Below, piece by piece: positions 1-9,775 of a stretch of DNA of 64,000 nucleotides. Position 1 is the first letter of the stretch; each line of letters begins with the position of its first letter. The stretch spans positions 256,001-320,000 of the forward strand of contig JBGSZS010000018.1 of NCBI GenBank assembly GCA_041750285.1, written 5' to 3'. Origin of the DNA: Candidatus Fermentibacteraceae bacterium. Lineage in GTDB: Bacteria > Fermentibacterota > Fermentibacteria > Fermentibacterales > JCC-6. The translations under genes and the position numbers were made by a program. The notes under the pieces were generated by a model, which made no database searches, was not told the origin of the DNA, and saw only the letters and a program-made list of their open reading frames with translations.

Positions 1-7
1 CACGACC

Positions 8-1693
8 ATGACCAGCAGGCTCGCGTTCTTCCCTCTTCTGGGAGCGCTCACTTTGCTTGCAGGCAGGGGCGGCATCGGTATCAGACACCTGATCGCCGGC
101 GTCGCCCTGGCCCTGACGGCGTGCCTGGGGCTTCTCATTGCTCCCGAACCCATTACAGGCGTGCCTTACGCAGTCCGCTGGGTATCGTTCGGGCTCATGT
201 TTGCCGGGTTCAGCGGAACTACCGCCAAATGGGGACCCGGCAAACACCTCGACGGCCTTGTGGCCGCGGCGGCACTGGTTTCGGTCCTGATGACCATTCT
301 CGGCCCCGATGCCGTCAGCGGCAACCCGAACCGCACCGGAATGCTGCTGTCCCTGGGAGCCGTGGCTGCCCTTTCCGACGGGAACCGCACAAGGGCACTT
401 GTCAAGTGTGCGGTTATCATTCCAGGGCTACTAGTCTCCGCGTTCTACATCTCCTGGCTTGCCTTCCTGCTGGGGGCCGCAGTCCTGTTCATCCACAGGC
501 GGTTCCCGGTGAACCCGGGCTGGCTTCTGCTCCTGATGATCCTGGGCCAGGTTCTTTTTACTTCCCTGCCTGTGGCTGCGCGACGGATCGGCCCCACGGT
601 CGAACTCAGAACCCTCGTGTGGCGCACTTCGGCAACACTTGGCCTGAACTCCTTTCCCGCGGGAACCGGAACCGGGCAGGCCAGGCTCTCCGTCTACAGT
701 GACGGGGGACCCGTCCTGCAGGAACTTGCGGGGACGGACAGACGGGTTGACTTCCTTCACTCCGAACCACTCACCCTCTTCACCGAATTCGGCGCCGTGG
801 GGCTCAGCATGCTTGTGCTCATGTTGCTTTGGGTGTTCCGGTCACGTTGGGACCCTCTTCAGGCGGCTCTCCTTTCCGCGTTCTGGCTTGTCTTCTCGAC
901 CGACCTTCCCCTGGCGACACCCCTTGGAGCCCTTCCCGCTGCACTCGTCATCGGGGGCTGCCTCAAGCCCGGTCGAACCGTGCGGGTACCCATCCTCGTT
1001 CCCGCAGCTTTTGCCCTGGTTTCCATACCGTGGGCGTACACACTGATCAGGGGCTACGGGGCGATGAACCGCCCGGAAAACCCAGAAAGCGCTTCGGAGG
1101 CGTGCAGGTACATTCCCTTCGAGGAGAGGGCCTTCCTGAATGCCGGATGGGCATGGCTGCGCTCGGGTTCGGCACTGCAGGCCAGGGAATACTCTCAGAG
1201 GTTCATTGAACTCTACCCGCATTACCATGGCGGTTGGGAGCTCCAGGCCGGAGTGCTTGGTCGGCTGGACAGGCCTCAGGAGTCCGCTTCAGCCTGGAGA
1301 CGGGCTTTCGTCCTGGCTCCGGAGAGATTGAATGACAGGCTCCTGTTCGCCCTCAACGGTATCCCGTATTCGGAGAACTCCGGTGACACGCTTGTCCTTC
1401 TGGGCAACCGCCTGGCCTGCGAGATCCCATGGCATACCGCCTTCCCCGCGATACCGGATGAGGGGCATGCCGACATAGCCCTGAGATATCTCGAGCTGGC
1501 CGGGAATCTGAGATCCGTTGAACCCGGGCTCTCGGGTGCGCTCTTCGCCAGGGCGGTTATCCTTATGGGGTACTACCCGGGACACGCATGGAGCCGGTTC
1601 CGAGAGGAAGCTTCGCGGTGCTACCCGCTCTTCAGGGAACTCGTGCCCGTGGATCAGCGGGAGAAGGTCGAAGACCTCACCGCAACACTGTGA
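8..1693 (+). CDS. O-antigen ligase-like membrane protein with C-terminal TPR-like region; probably 5'-truncated by the window edge
   Basis: Many TM segments; 'ELRTLVW...GTGTG...FLHSEPLTLFTEFGAVG' resembles the Wzy_C/WaaL loop; helical-repeat C-terminus; frame is open to the window start. Confidence 0.65.
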   Translation: MTSRLAFFPLLGALTLLAGRGGIGIRHLIAGVALALTACLGLLIAPEPITGVPYAVRWVSFGLMFAGFSGTTAKWGPGKHLDGLVAAAALVSVLMTILGPDAVSGNPNRTGMLLSLGAVAALSDGNRTRALVKCAVIIPGLLVSAFYISWLAFLLGAAVLFIHRRFPVNPGWLLLLMILGQVLFTSLPVAARRIGPTVELRTLVWRTSATLGLNSFPAGTGTGQARLSVYSDGGPVLQELAGTDRRVDFLHSEPLTLFTEFGAVGLSMLVLMLLWVFRSRWDPLQAALLSAFWLVFSTDLPLATPLGALPAALVIGGCLKPGRTVRVPILVPAAFALVSIPWAYTLIRGYGAMNRPENPESASEACRYIPFEERAFLNAGWAWLRSGSALQAREYSQRFIELYPHYHGGWELQAGVLGRLDRPQESASAWRRAFVLAPERLNDRLLFALNGIPYSENSGDTLVLLGNRLACEIPWHTAFPAIPDEGHADIALRYLELAGNLRSVEPGLSGALFARAVILMGYYPGHAWSRFREEASRCYPLFRELVPVDQREKVEDLTATL

Positions 1694-3143
1694 ACCTTCC
1701 AGTGACCGCATCTCCGCCGCTTTCCGCCCGCACCAGGTAGACACCGGGGGTCAACCCCCGAAGCGTCAGGGTGGAGAGGCCATGGGCAACGCGCCTTCCC
1801 GAGATGTCGAATACCGATATGAGACCCGTTCCCGTGATGCTGACGCTCCCCGGGCCGAAAACGGGATTGGGGCCGATGGATAGTGCCGGCACGGGTGCCG
1901 GGGTTCCCTCGACGCCAAGGAAGTGCATCGCCGGAACCAACGTGGGGTCACCGAGGATCGTCATGCCAAGGTGCCAGTACATCTCGGTCTGGGAGAATCC
2001 CCCCTCCTGAATGTACTCCCACCACTTGAACATCGCTGTTCCGAACGTGTCACCCTGCCCCAGCGGGCCGTAGAACTGGTTGAACTGGAGCATCGCGCCG
2101 CTCTTCGTGCTGCCGACGGCAGCCAGCCCGGTCTGGGTGCCGAAAACGTAAACGCAGCCCATGCACCAGTTGCTGGTGAACCGGGCGTTCGAGCATGCGA
2201 AGAGATTGTAGAACCTGCTGGGGGGCTGATCGGTCCAGATGTGCCCGCTGGTGGTGGAGGGGCCCGGGCTCCACTGATGGACCGTGGGGCCGGAGTGGAC
2301 AAAGGGGCTGATCCAGGTGTAACCCGCGGGAAGCCTGTTCTGCCTGTAGTCGGTACCGTTGGTGGAATCCACCTGGCTCACCAGCTCAACATCGGAGTAC
2401 AGCAGTTTCATCGAGTTTTTGTAGCCCACGCCCCAGCCGCTCCAGTCATCGTCTACGTAACACAGGGCGTGGGGTTCCGGGTCGCCCTCGAGACGCCACT
2501 GGTGAAGCCTTGTCAGGTAGTCGTTCATGAGCTGGTACTGGTTGCCGTAGAGGATCACATGGGTGAGTATCCTTCCAACGTATATCTCGGGGAACAGGTC
2601 ACCGGTCCAGCCGTCGTACACCCCGTCAGGTCCGGGAGTCCCGCCCGCCGGGTAGCCAGTCCAGTCGTCGGACCATTCGCCGTCTAGATCCCAGTAGAAG
2701 TAGTCCGTAGGAAAGGTCTCGTCCGAGCGCTCGTCCGCGTAGTCTTCGAGGGCTGCCCATGCCGACGGCACGTCCCCCACCAGGACGACTCCCTCGAGGC
2801 CCTCGGAGTGCAGGCCCGAAAGCCATGCGCGGATCTCTTCAGGGGTGCTCCAGGTGAGTTCCACCGCGGAAACCGTGATGCCTTGAGCCTGGATGTCCGC
2901 CATCCACTGGTCCAGAAGCCCCGGGGCAAGACTGTCTGCGACGCTTTCAGTGAGGACCACGAGGAACTGCGATCCCCTTGCTTCGCCGGAAACGGGTGTC
3001 ACCTGAAGCGGGACAAACGGCGGTCTTGCCGAAAGGTATTCTTCCCGGGTGTCCGGAACGTAGCCGGGATCAAGGTTGCGGGTGATGGGAGTGTAGTCGT
3101 ACACCCCCGATGAAAGAAGAACCATCGCAAGAATGAATGTCAT
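1677..3143 (-). CDS. Secreted C25 (gingipain-like) cysteine peptidase with T9SS-type C-terminal sorting domain
   Basis: Signal peptide; 'VVLVGDVP', 'PEIYVGRI', catalytic-like 'FVHSG' and 'LFACS', 'ILGDP'; tail 'PNP...VFDISGRRV...LTPGVYLVR...RFTVLR'. Confidence 0.8.
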   Translation of the reverse strand: MTFILAMVLLSSGVYDYTPITRNLDPGYVPDTREEYLSARPPFVPLQVTPVSGEARGSQFLVVLTESVADSLAPGLLDQWMADIQAQGITVSAVELTWSTPEEIRAWLSGLHSEGLEGVVLVGDVPSAWAALEDYADERSDETFPTDYFYWDLDGEWSDDWTGYPAGGTPGPDGVYDGWTGDLFPEIYVGRILTHVILYGNQYQLMNDYLTRLHQWRLEGDPEPHALCYVDDDWSGWGVGYKNSMKLLYSDVELVSQVDSTNGTDYRQNRLPAGYTWISPFVHSGPTVHQWSPGPSTTSGHIWTDQPPSRFYNLFACSNARFTSNWCMGCVYVFGTQTGLAAVGSTKSGAMLQFNQFYGPLGQGDTFGTAMFKWWEYIQEGGFSQTEMYWHLGMTILGDPTLVPAMHFLGVEGTPAPVPALSIGPNPVFGPGSVSITGTGLISVFDISGRRVAHGLSTLTLRGLTPGVYLVRAESGGDAVTGRFTVLR

Positions 3144-3173
3144 TTCCAGTCCTTTCCCGAAACCCTGCCCGTT

Positions 3174-3800
3174 CTAGTAGAAGTACGTTGCTATTCCCAG
3201 AAACCTTATTCCAAGGATCATCACGGGATACAACAACCGGGATATGACACCCAGGAAGAGCAGCCCGAACACTATCATCATGCCGTAGCGCTCGAGGCGC
3301 ATGTAGTTCCAGTAGAGCCTCCCGCCCAGGAAGTTCGCCACGATCCTGCTGCCGTCGAGAGGAGGGATGGGTATCAGGTTGAAGGCCATGAGAATGACGT
3401 TCATCAGAGCGGTTGTGGCAAGCGCACTTGCAAGGAATGCCGGCATTATCGAACCGCCGAACCTGAGAAGAAGGCTCATCGCAATGGCAAGGGCAAGGTT
3501 GGTGGCCGGACCCGCAAGGGCCACGAGCATCATTCCCTGTTTCCTGTTGCGAAAGTAGGCTGGATTGACCGGAACGGGCTTCGCCCAGGCAAAAAGGAAC
3601 CTGCTGCCCATCAAAAGAAGAAAGAGCGGAAGAAGAATGGTTCCGAAGATGTCGATGTGAACCAGGGGATTGAATGAGAGCCTTCCCATACGCCATGCCG
3701 TCGGGTCGCCCAGTTTCCAGGCCACGAGTCCGTGGGATATCTCGTGGCAGACCACGCTGAAGAATATGAGGACCAGGACCAGTGGTGTTTCGAGAAGCAC
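3174..3800 (-). CDS. Site-2 protease family (M50) intramembrane metalloprotease
   Basis: HEISH and NLIPIPPLDG motifs; GTG start at 3800 overlaps the upstream TAG and follows GGAGG. Confidence 0.9.
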   Translation of the reverse strand: MLLETPLVLVLIFFSVVCHEISHGLVAWKLGDPTAWRMGRLSFNPLVHIDIFGTILLPLFLLLMGSRFLFAWAKPVPVNPAYFRNRKQGMMLVALAGPATNLALAIAMSLLLRFGGSIMPAFLASALATTALMNVILMAFNLIPIPPLDGSRIVANFLGGRLYWNYMRLERYGMMIVFGLLFLGVISRLLYPVMILGIRFLGIATYFY

Positions 3801-4489
3801 TAGCGCCTCCTGCCCGCCATGAGCAGCCACACGAGCTGACCAAGTGCTGCCAGGGCGCTTGCCACGTAGGTGAGCGACGCGGCCCGAAGCACGCTGCGGA
3901 CGCCTCCGACCTCGGTCGGGGAGAAACCGTGCGTCTTCTCGAGCCATGACACGGCCCTTGCGCTGGCATTGAACTCCACGGGCAGCGTAAAGAGATGGAA
4001 GAGCAGCGCGACGGCATAGATCGCGGCGCCGATGTATATGAGGTTGGTCATCCTGAAGACGAACCCGCCGATAAGCAGGGGGAAGAGAAGCTGTGAACCC
4101 AGGTTGGCAACCGGAACGAGAGCGTTCCTGACCTTGAGGGGGGAGTAGCCCATGGCGTGCTGCACCGCATGCCCGGCCTCGTGGGCCGCTATCCCTATGG
4201 CCGCGACCGAGCTTCCGCCGTAGACGTCACGCGACAGCTTGAGAGTGGTGGACCGGGGATCGTAGTGATCACTCAGCGTGCCGCCGGTGACCTCAACCCC
4301 GACCTGGGCGAGGCCGTAGCCGTCGAGGATCGCCCTGGCCATCTGGGCGCCCGACATGCCACGGCTGTTGGGTACGCTGCTCCACCTGCGGTATGCGGCC
4401 TTCACGGCACCCGATGCGATCATCCCGAGCACCATTGCCACGATTATCACAACCAGTCCGGGGTTCATGTCCATCATGTAGAAAAGCAT
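3800..4489 (-). CDS. Membrane zinc metallopeptidase (YugP / Zn_peptidase_2 family)
   Basis: 'LSDHYDP', 'AAHEAGHAVQH', 'TLPVEFNASARA', 'VLRAASLTYVA'. Confidence 0.92.
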   Translation of the reverse strand: MLFYMMDMNPGLVVIIVAMVLGMIASGAVKAAYRRWSSVPNSRGMSGAQMARAILDGYGLAQVGVEVTGGTLSDHYDPRSTTLKLSRDVYGGSSVAAIGIAAHEAGHAVQHAMGYSPLKVRNALVPVANLGSQLLFPLLIGGFVFRMTNLIYIGAAIYAVALLFHLFTLPVEFNASARAVSWLEKTHGFSPTEVGGVRSVLRAASLTYVASALAALGQLVWLLMAGRRR

Positions 4490-4613
4490 TTCACACCTCT
4501 GTTCCTTCCTCCTGCAGGAAGCATATAAAGCAATTCCCTTTCCTTTGGCAAGTGCATGAAGGATAGGGCCTTATCCTGCAACAACATCCGGTCTGGGCCT
4601 TTTCGGCGCGCCA

Positions 4614-5765
4614 TCACGCCCCGGCTTCCCGGTAGATCGAAAATATCCTCCCGAAGCACGCATCCCAAGTGAACCTCTCCGCGAAGCGCCTGAATTCCGC
4701 CCTTTTTTCGGGAGGTTCGGCAAGGGCTGTGAAAGCGGCATCCCGCAACGCGCGGGGATCGTTCCACGGACCGTACACCGAACTGCCTCCGGCGCCCCTC
4801 ACCAGTTCGGCCGCCGCCGCTTCGCGGCACGCAGCCACCGGGGTTCCGCAGCACAGGGCCTCCAGGGTGACGAGGGAGAACGTGTCGCAGGGGCCCATGG
4901 AAAGGAATGCGTCGGCGCTTGCCATGAGGGCGGCACCCCTGCCGGCCTGAGAGGCATGGGGGAGAAGCTTCAGGCGTCCCCCGAAACGGGCCTCGGCCCT
5001 CTTGACCCTGCCCCTCCAGTGACCCCTGCCGGCGACTGCTACGACCGTTCCGGGCATTTCGAAGAGCAGGGGACAGGTTTCCAGAAGGACGTGTATCCCC
5101 TTCTCCGGAGCAAGACGGCCCATGTAAAGGATAAGCGTGCCGCCCGGGGGGACCCCCAGTTCTGCCCTGAGGCTCTCGCTGCGCGCTTTCGGGGTGAAAA
5201 TGTTGGGGTGGGCTCCGAGAGGGGCTTTCCTGACGTTTTCAACCCCGGCCTCGCGAAGAACGGACAGTGAGGTTTCGCTTGCACCCATGACAATGTCGAG
5301 GTCACGGTATGCCCGGCCCATCCAGGGAACGGCAAACCTTCTGAAAAGCCCGGGCAAGGGACCCCGTGTGATGTCAAAAACGCTCAGAGGAAGGGCGACC
5401 GGCCAGTTCGAGTGATAGAAGCCCAGGGAGGGGATGTCCCGAATGCCGTTCCTCACCATGCCGGGAACCACGATCCCGCTCCCCAGTTCGACGACATCGG
5501 GTTTGAATGCGGCCATTATCTCACGGATGGCCTTTCCCCTGACGAAGAAGTTGTAACCCGAGTTCGCAAGCGGCGGAGACTTGACGCCGTACAGGGTTCC
5601 CCCTTCGACGGGTGTCGAGCTGTCGGTGCCGGAGGGATGGATGAGTGCGCATTCGACACCGTTCCTGCTGCACCAGAGGAACTTCTCATGATGGTAGACC
5701 CTTATGCCACCCCCGGTTGGGCTGTAGAAATTGTTTATGTCCAGCACCCTGAGGGGCTTTGGCAT
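4614..5765 (-). CDS. Glycosyltransferase, GT4 (GT-B fold)
   Basis: 'FYSPTGGGIRVY', 'YMGRLAPEKG', 'DTFSLVTLEALCCGTPV'. Confidence 0.9.
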   Translation of the reverse strand: MPKPLRVLDINNFYSPTGGGIRVYHHEKFLWCSRNGVECALIHPSGTDSSTPVEGGTLYGVKSPPLANSGYNFFVRGKAIREIMAAFKPDVVELGSGIVVPGMVRNGIRDIPSLGFYHSNWPVALPLSVFDITRGPLPGLFRRFAVPWMGRAYRDLDIVMGASETSLSVLREAGVENVRKAPLGAHPNIFTPKARSESLRAELGVPPGGTLILYMGRLAPEKGIHVLLETCPLLFEMPGTVVAVAGRGHWRGRVKRAEARFGGRLKLLPHASQAGRGAALMASADAFLSMGPCDTFSLVTLEALCCGTPVAACREAAAAELVRGAGGSSVYGPWNDPRALRDAAFTALAEPPEKRAEFRRFAERFTWDACFGRIFSIYREAGA

Positions 5766-5768
5766 GGT

Positions 5769-7763
5769 TCAGCGTATCCTGTCGCCCGGGGCGGCGCCCT
5801 GGGACGGCCTCACCACTCTGACCCCGCCCGGCCCGTCGCTGGCGAGAAGCATGCCCCGGCTCTCGATGCCTCTGAGAAGTGCGGGTTTCAGGTTGGCCAC
5901 CACTACAACCAGGGTATTGAGAAGCTCTTCGGGTTCGTAGTGAAGCCTGATTCCCGCCACGATCTGCCTTGGTTCACCCTCCCCCAGGTCGACCATGAGC
6001 CTGTAGAGCTTGTCGGCGCCCTTCACAGGGCTGACTTCCAGCACCTCGCCGACCCTGAGCTCGATCTTCATGAAGTCGTCGAAGTCTACCAGCGGCCCGG
6101 GTTCGGGTGAGGGTTCGGGCTGCCTGTCGGGGGCAGGCTCCATGACCTTTTGAAAGCCCTCCTCAAGCTTGCTGAAGAGGATCTCGGGTGTTCCCAGGGG
6201 TGAACCGGGTCTGAGAAGGACCCTTCCGGCATCCCCCCAGTTCGATCGTGCAATGCCCAGCATTGCGCCGATCTTCTCCGCCGTCGAGGGAAGGAAGGGC
6301 GAAAAAATGGTCCGGAGGGAGGCGCAGAGGTTCAGGCAGGCCGCTATGTCGCGGCGGCAGTTTTCCGGGTCGGTCTTCAGGGTCTTCCAGGGCTGCCTGG
6401 CGTCGAAGAAGCGGTTCCCCTCGCGGGCGACCTCCATGGCTGCCGATGCGGCAAGCTTGAACCTGAACTTCTCAATGAGTTCGCCAACCTGGGCCGCGCC
6501 ACGCACGGCGATATCCATGAGTTCCGGGATGGGTTCGCCTTCGGGAACTTGGCCGCCGAGCTTGGAACTGGCGAACCTGACCGTGCGGTTCACGAAATTG
6601 CCCAGAACGTCTGCAAGCTCGTTGTTCCTGGAGCGGAATTCGTCCCACGTGAAGTCCGTGTCACGGGTCTCGGGGGCGTTCACTGCCAGGGCGTACCTCA
6701 TGGGGTCGGCGGGAAAGTGGTTGAGGTAATCACGCATCCAGATCGCCGTGCCCCGGCTGGTGCTGAACTTCTGTCCCTGTATGTTCAGAAACTCGTTGGC
6801 GGGGACGTTCCAGGGGAGTATGAAGCCTCCCGTTCCGTGAAGGATGGCCGGTTCGATGATGCAGTGGAAGACGATGTTGTCCTTGCCTATGAAGTGAACG
6901 AGACGGGTTTCGGGGTCCTTCCAGTAGGGCTCCCATCCATCGGGCTCCCCCTTCAGCCTGAAGTACTCGCGGGTGCTGCTGACATATCCAAGAAGGGCCT
7001 CGAACCAGACGTAGAGGACCTTTCCGGCGGCCTCGGGAAGGGGCACGGGAACCCCCCAGTCAAGGTCGCGGGTGATGGCCCGTTCCCGCAGGCCGTCCTT
7101 CAGCCAGCCACGGCAGTAGTTGAGGACGTTGTCCTTCCAGTCCTGTCTGGATTCGAGCCAGCCCGTGATCCACTCCTGGAACCGCTCGAGAAGGAGGAAC
7201 CAGTGTCTGGTCTCCCTGACCTCGGGGGTCGCCCCGCAAATGCTGCACTTCGGTTCGATGAGTTCAAGGGGCTCGGTCCAGGTGCCGCATGATTCGCACT
7301 GGTCGCCCCTTGCGCCAGTACAGCCGCACTTGGGGCATGTTCCGCCTATGTAGCGGTCCGGAAGGAACCTCGCGCAGCTCGGGCAGTAGAGCTGGCTTAT
7401 CGTTCTTGGTTCGATGTGCCCCAGGGAGAGCAGTTCGAGGAACACTGACTGCGCGAATTCCCTGTGTTCATCGGTGGTGGTGCGTGAGAAATTGGAGAAA
7501 GAGATCCCGAAATCGCTGAAATCCTGGCGGATCACCCCGTGGAACCTGTCAACCGTCTGGCGGGGTGTGAGTCCCAGTTTCTCCGCCGTTATCGTTATGG
7601 GAACGCCGTGCTCATCGGTACCACAGGCGTAAACCACGTCGTGCCCGTTCATTCGAAGGTACCTTACGAAGATGTCTGCGGGAAGGTACGCGCCGGCCAG
7701 ATGCCCGAGGTGCAGGGGGCCGTTGGCGTACGGAAGGGCGCTTGTCACCATGTACCGGGCCAT
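5769..7763 (-). CDS. metG: Methionine--tRNA ligase
   Basis: 'ALPYANGPLHLGH', Zn-knuckle cysteines, KFSTS, C-terminal tRNA-binding OB domain. Confidence 0.98.
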   Translation of the reverse strand: MARYMVTSALPYANGPLHLGHLAGAYLPADIFVRYLRMNGHDVVYACGTDEHGVPITITAEKLGLTPRQTVDRFHGVIRQDFSDFGISFSNFSRTTTDEHREFAQSVFLELLSLGHIEPRTISQLYCPSCARFLPDRYIGGTCPKCGCTGARGDQCESCGTWTEPLELIEPKCSICGATPEVRETRHWFLLLERFQEWITGWLESRQDWKDNVLNYCRGWLKDGLRERAITRDLDWGVPVPLPEAAGKVLYVWFEALLGYVSSTREYFRLKGEPDGWEPYWKDPETRLVHFIGKDNIVFHCIIEPAILHGTGGFILPWNVPANEFLNIQGQKFSTSRGTAIWMRDYLNHFPADPMRYALAVNAPETRDTDFTWDEFRSRNNELADVLGNFVNRTVRFASSKLGGQVPEGEPIPELMDIAVRGAAQVGELIEKFRFKLAASAAMEVAREGNRFFDARQPWKTLKTDPENCRRDIAACLNLCASLRTIFSPFLPSTAEKIGAMLGIARSNWGDAGRVLLRPGSPLGTPEILFSKLEEGFQKVMEPAPDRQPEPSPEPGPLVDFDDFMKIELRVGEVLEVSPVKGADKLYRLMVDLGEGEPRQIVAGIRLHYEPEELLNTLVVVVANLKPALLRGIESRGMLLASDGPGGVRVVRPSQGAAPGDRIR

Positions 7764-8720
7764 TTACGGGGTCCTTTCCTTCTCGGCGCCGGCGGGTTTG
7801 CGCCTTCTTCTCCGGCGTTTCCGGACCGCCTCGGGGGCAGCCGCTTCCTTCTCGGCCGGTGGTGGTGCTGAAGCCGGTTTCGGAGGGGGAGCGGGCTGCT
7901 CCATCTTCTTTCTGTTCTGGAACTCCTCAAGGGTCATGGTTTCCGGTTCCTGAGAGCCTTCGCCCCTGACCGTTACGGTTTCATGGAAGATGTCCGAGCC
8001 GACTACCTCGAAGGGAGAACCCATGAGCAGAACCCTCTGGCCCGGAGCGGGATACAGCCTGCACGCCTGCTGGTAGAAATCGGACTCGTAGGCAAGGCAG
8101 CACATCAGCCTTCCGCATGTTCCGGAAACCTTTGAGGGATTGAGCGAAAGGTTCTGGGTGCGAACCATCTTCAGCGTGACGGACTGAAAGTCGTCAAGGA
8201 ACTCGGCGCAGCACAGGGCCCTTCCGCAAATACCCAGGCCGCCCTTGTGCCTGGCATCGTCGCGGATGCCTATCTGTCTCATCTCGATCCTGGCCCTGTA
8301 GCATGCCGCCAGGTCCCTCACGAGCCCCCTGAAATCGGTGCGCTGGTCAGCCGTGAAGAAAACCCTGATCCGGTTCCGGTCGAGCTGTACCTCGCAGTCC
8401 GACAGTTTCATGTCGAGTTTTCTGGCTTCTATCCGCTCACGGCAGTAGTCGAGGACCGACTGCTCGAAATCACCGTTTGACCGTTGCTGCAGTACATCCT
8501 CTTCGGTGGCCTCCCTGACGAACTCACCCGAGCACTGCTCGAGCAGTTCATCCGTCACCGGAAGCTTGGCCACGACCTTTCCGAGGTCGAAACCCCTGTC
8601 CACTCCGACCACGACCGAACTGCCGTTGCTTACGGGAAGGGGGCCCCCGTTCCTGTAGTACCCCTTCCTGCCGGCCTTGAAGACAACCTGGAGTATCTCC
8701 AGTGTGAACTGCTCCGTCAT
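7764..8720 (-). CDS. ricT: PSP1-domain protein (RicT/YaaT)
   Basis: 'RIEMRQIGIRD...GICGRALCC...KVSGTCGRLMCCLAYE'; conserved holB-ricT-metG order; ATG at 8720 overlaps the holB stop. Confidence 0.9.
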   Translation of the reverse strand: MTEQFTLEILQVVFKAGRKGYYRNGGPLPVSNGSSVVVGVDRGFDLGKVVAKLPVTDELLEQCSGEFVREATEEDVLQQRSNGDFEQSVLDYCRERIEARKLDMKLSDCEVQLDRNRIRVFFTADQRTDFRGLVRDLAACYRARIEMRQIGIRDDARHKGGLGICGRALCCAEFLDDFQSVTLKMVRTQNLSLNPSKVSGTCGRLMCCLAYESDFYQQACRLYPAPGQRVLLMGSPFEVVGSDIFHETVTVRGEGSQEPETMTLEEFQNRKKMEQPAPPPKPASAPPPAEKEAAAPEAVRKRRRRRRKPAGAEKERTP

Positions 8721-9775
8721 TTCCGTCCCTGTCCGCCAAGAGAGAGAACCGCAGCCTCGAACGCCATCGTCGGTGAACCGTTTGCCCGAAGCCTTGTACC
8801 GCACAGAATGAACTGCTCTCCGGCCAGTTCCAGATACTCGTCGGTGAAGACGTTCCGCCCCGTCGTACTGCTGTTGACGGGCGCCCTTCCGGCAAGGCTC
8901 CTGCGTGAATCATGACACACGGCTGCCATCTCGTCACACAGGGCCAGAAGACCGTCCCTTCCAAGCTCCCGGGCGAGAGCGCCTGCGTACTCGAGCAGAC
9001 CGCCCTGGTCCCGCGTGCCTGCCAGCGTCTCCAGAAGTTCAAGGGCTCTGCCACCGTCCCGCCCAACCCAGGTCGGCGCCGCGGCAAGCGCCCTGCCAGG
9101 GCTGCCTCCGCTGGCAAGGGCCAGGCTCTCGATGTCTTCGGGACCCAGCCCGGTTCTCTTCGCGAGGATGCCCTTCACGTCCTTCATGCCAAGGGTACCG
9201 AGCCTGACGCAATGCGCCCGTGACCTTACCGTGGGCAGCACGCCCGAGAGAAAGGAGGTGGTAAGGATCAGCAGGGTTTTTTCGGGCGGTTCCTCGAGGG
9301 TTTTCAGAAGGGCGTTCGCAGCCTCTCTCCTCATCAGGTGGGCATCGATGATGATCTCCACGTGCCCCCTGCCCTCGAAGGATTTTCTGGACAGCCTTGC
9401 TTCGATCTCACGGATCTGCCCTATGCTTATCCCGGTGTTCCCCGGAAACCTGAGGGGAGTGACCCCGTCGGAGGCCCTTGCAGCCAGAAGGGCCGCCTCG
9501 TCATCGACTGTGACCGCTGCCGTGCGTGGAATCGTGAGCCTGACATCGGGGTGGTTCATCGAGAACAGTCTTTTGCAGTGCCGGCACTCGCCGCAGAAAC
9601 CCTGGGGGTCTTCAGGGCAGATCACGCACGCCGCCAGATCGAGGGCCATGGACAATCGGCCGCAACCTTCCGGACCGGCGATCAGGTAGGCGTGTGCAAG
9701 CCTGCCTGCGGCAACCGCTGAGCAAAGGAGGCTCTTCGCCCCGGACTGACCGGTCAGTGAGCCGAAGGGCTTCAC
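8717..9775 (-). CDS. holB: DNA polymerase III subunit delta'
   Basis: 'HAYLIAGPEGCG', 'CGECRHC', 'HPD', 'AANALLKTLEEPP', 'PTVRSR'. Confidence 0.95.
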   Translation of the reverse strand: MKPFGSLTGQSGAKSLLCSAVAAGRLAHAYLIAGPEGCGRLSMALDLAACVICPEDPQGFCGECRHCKRLFSMNHPDVRLTIPRTAAVTVDDEAALLAARASDGVTPLRFPGNTGISIGQIREIEARLSRKSFEGRGHVEIIIDAHLMRREAANALLKTLEEPPEKTLLILTTSFLSGVLPTVRSRAHCVRLGTLGMKDVKGILAKRTGLGPEDIESLALASGGSPGRALAAAPTWVGRDGGRALELLETLAGTRDQGGLLEYAGALARELGRDGLLALCDEMAAVCHDSRRSLAGRAPVNSSTTGRNVFTDEYLELAGEQFILCGTRLRANGSPTMAFEAAVLSLGGQGRK

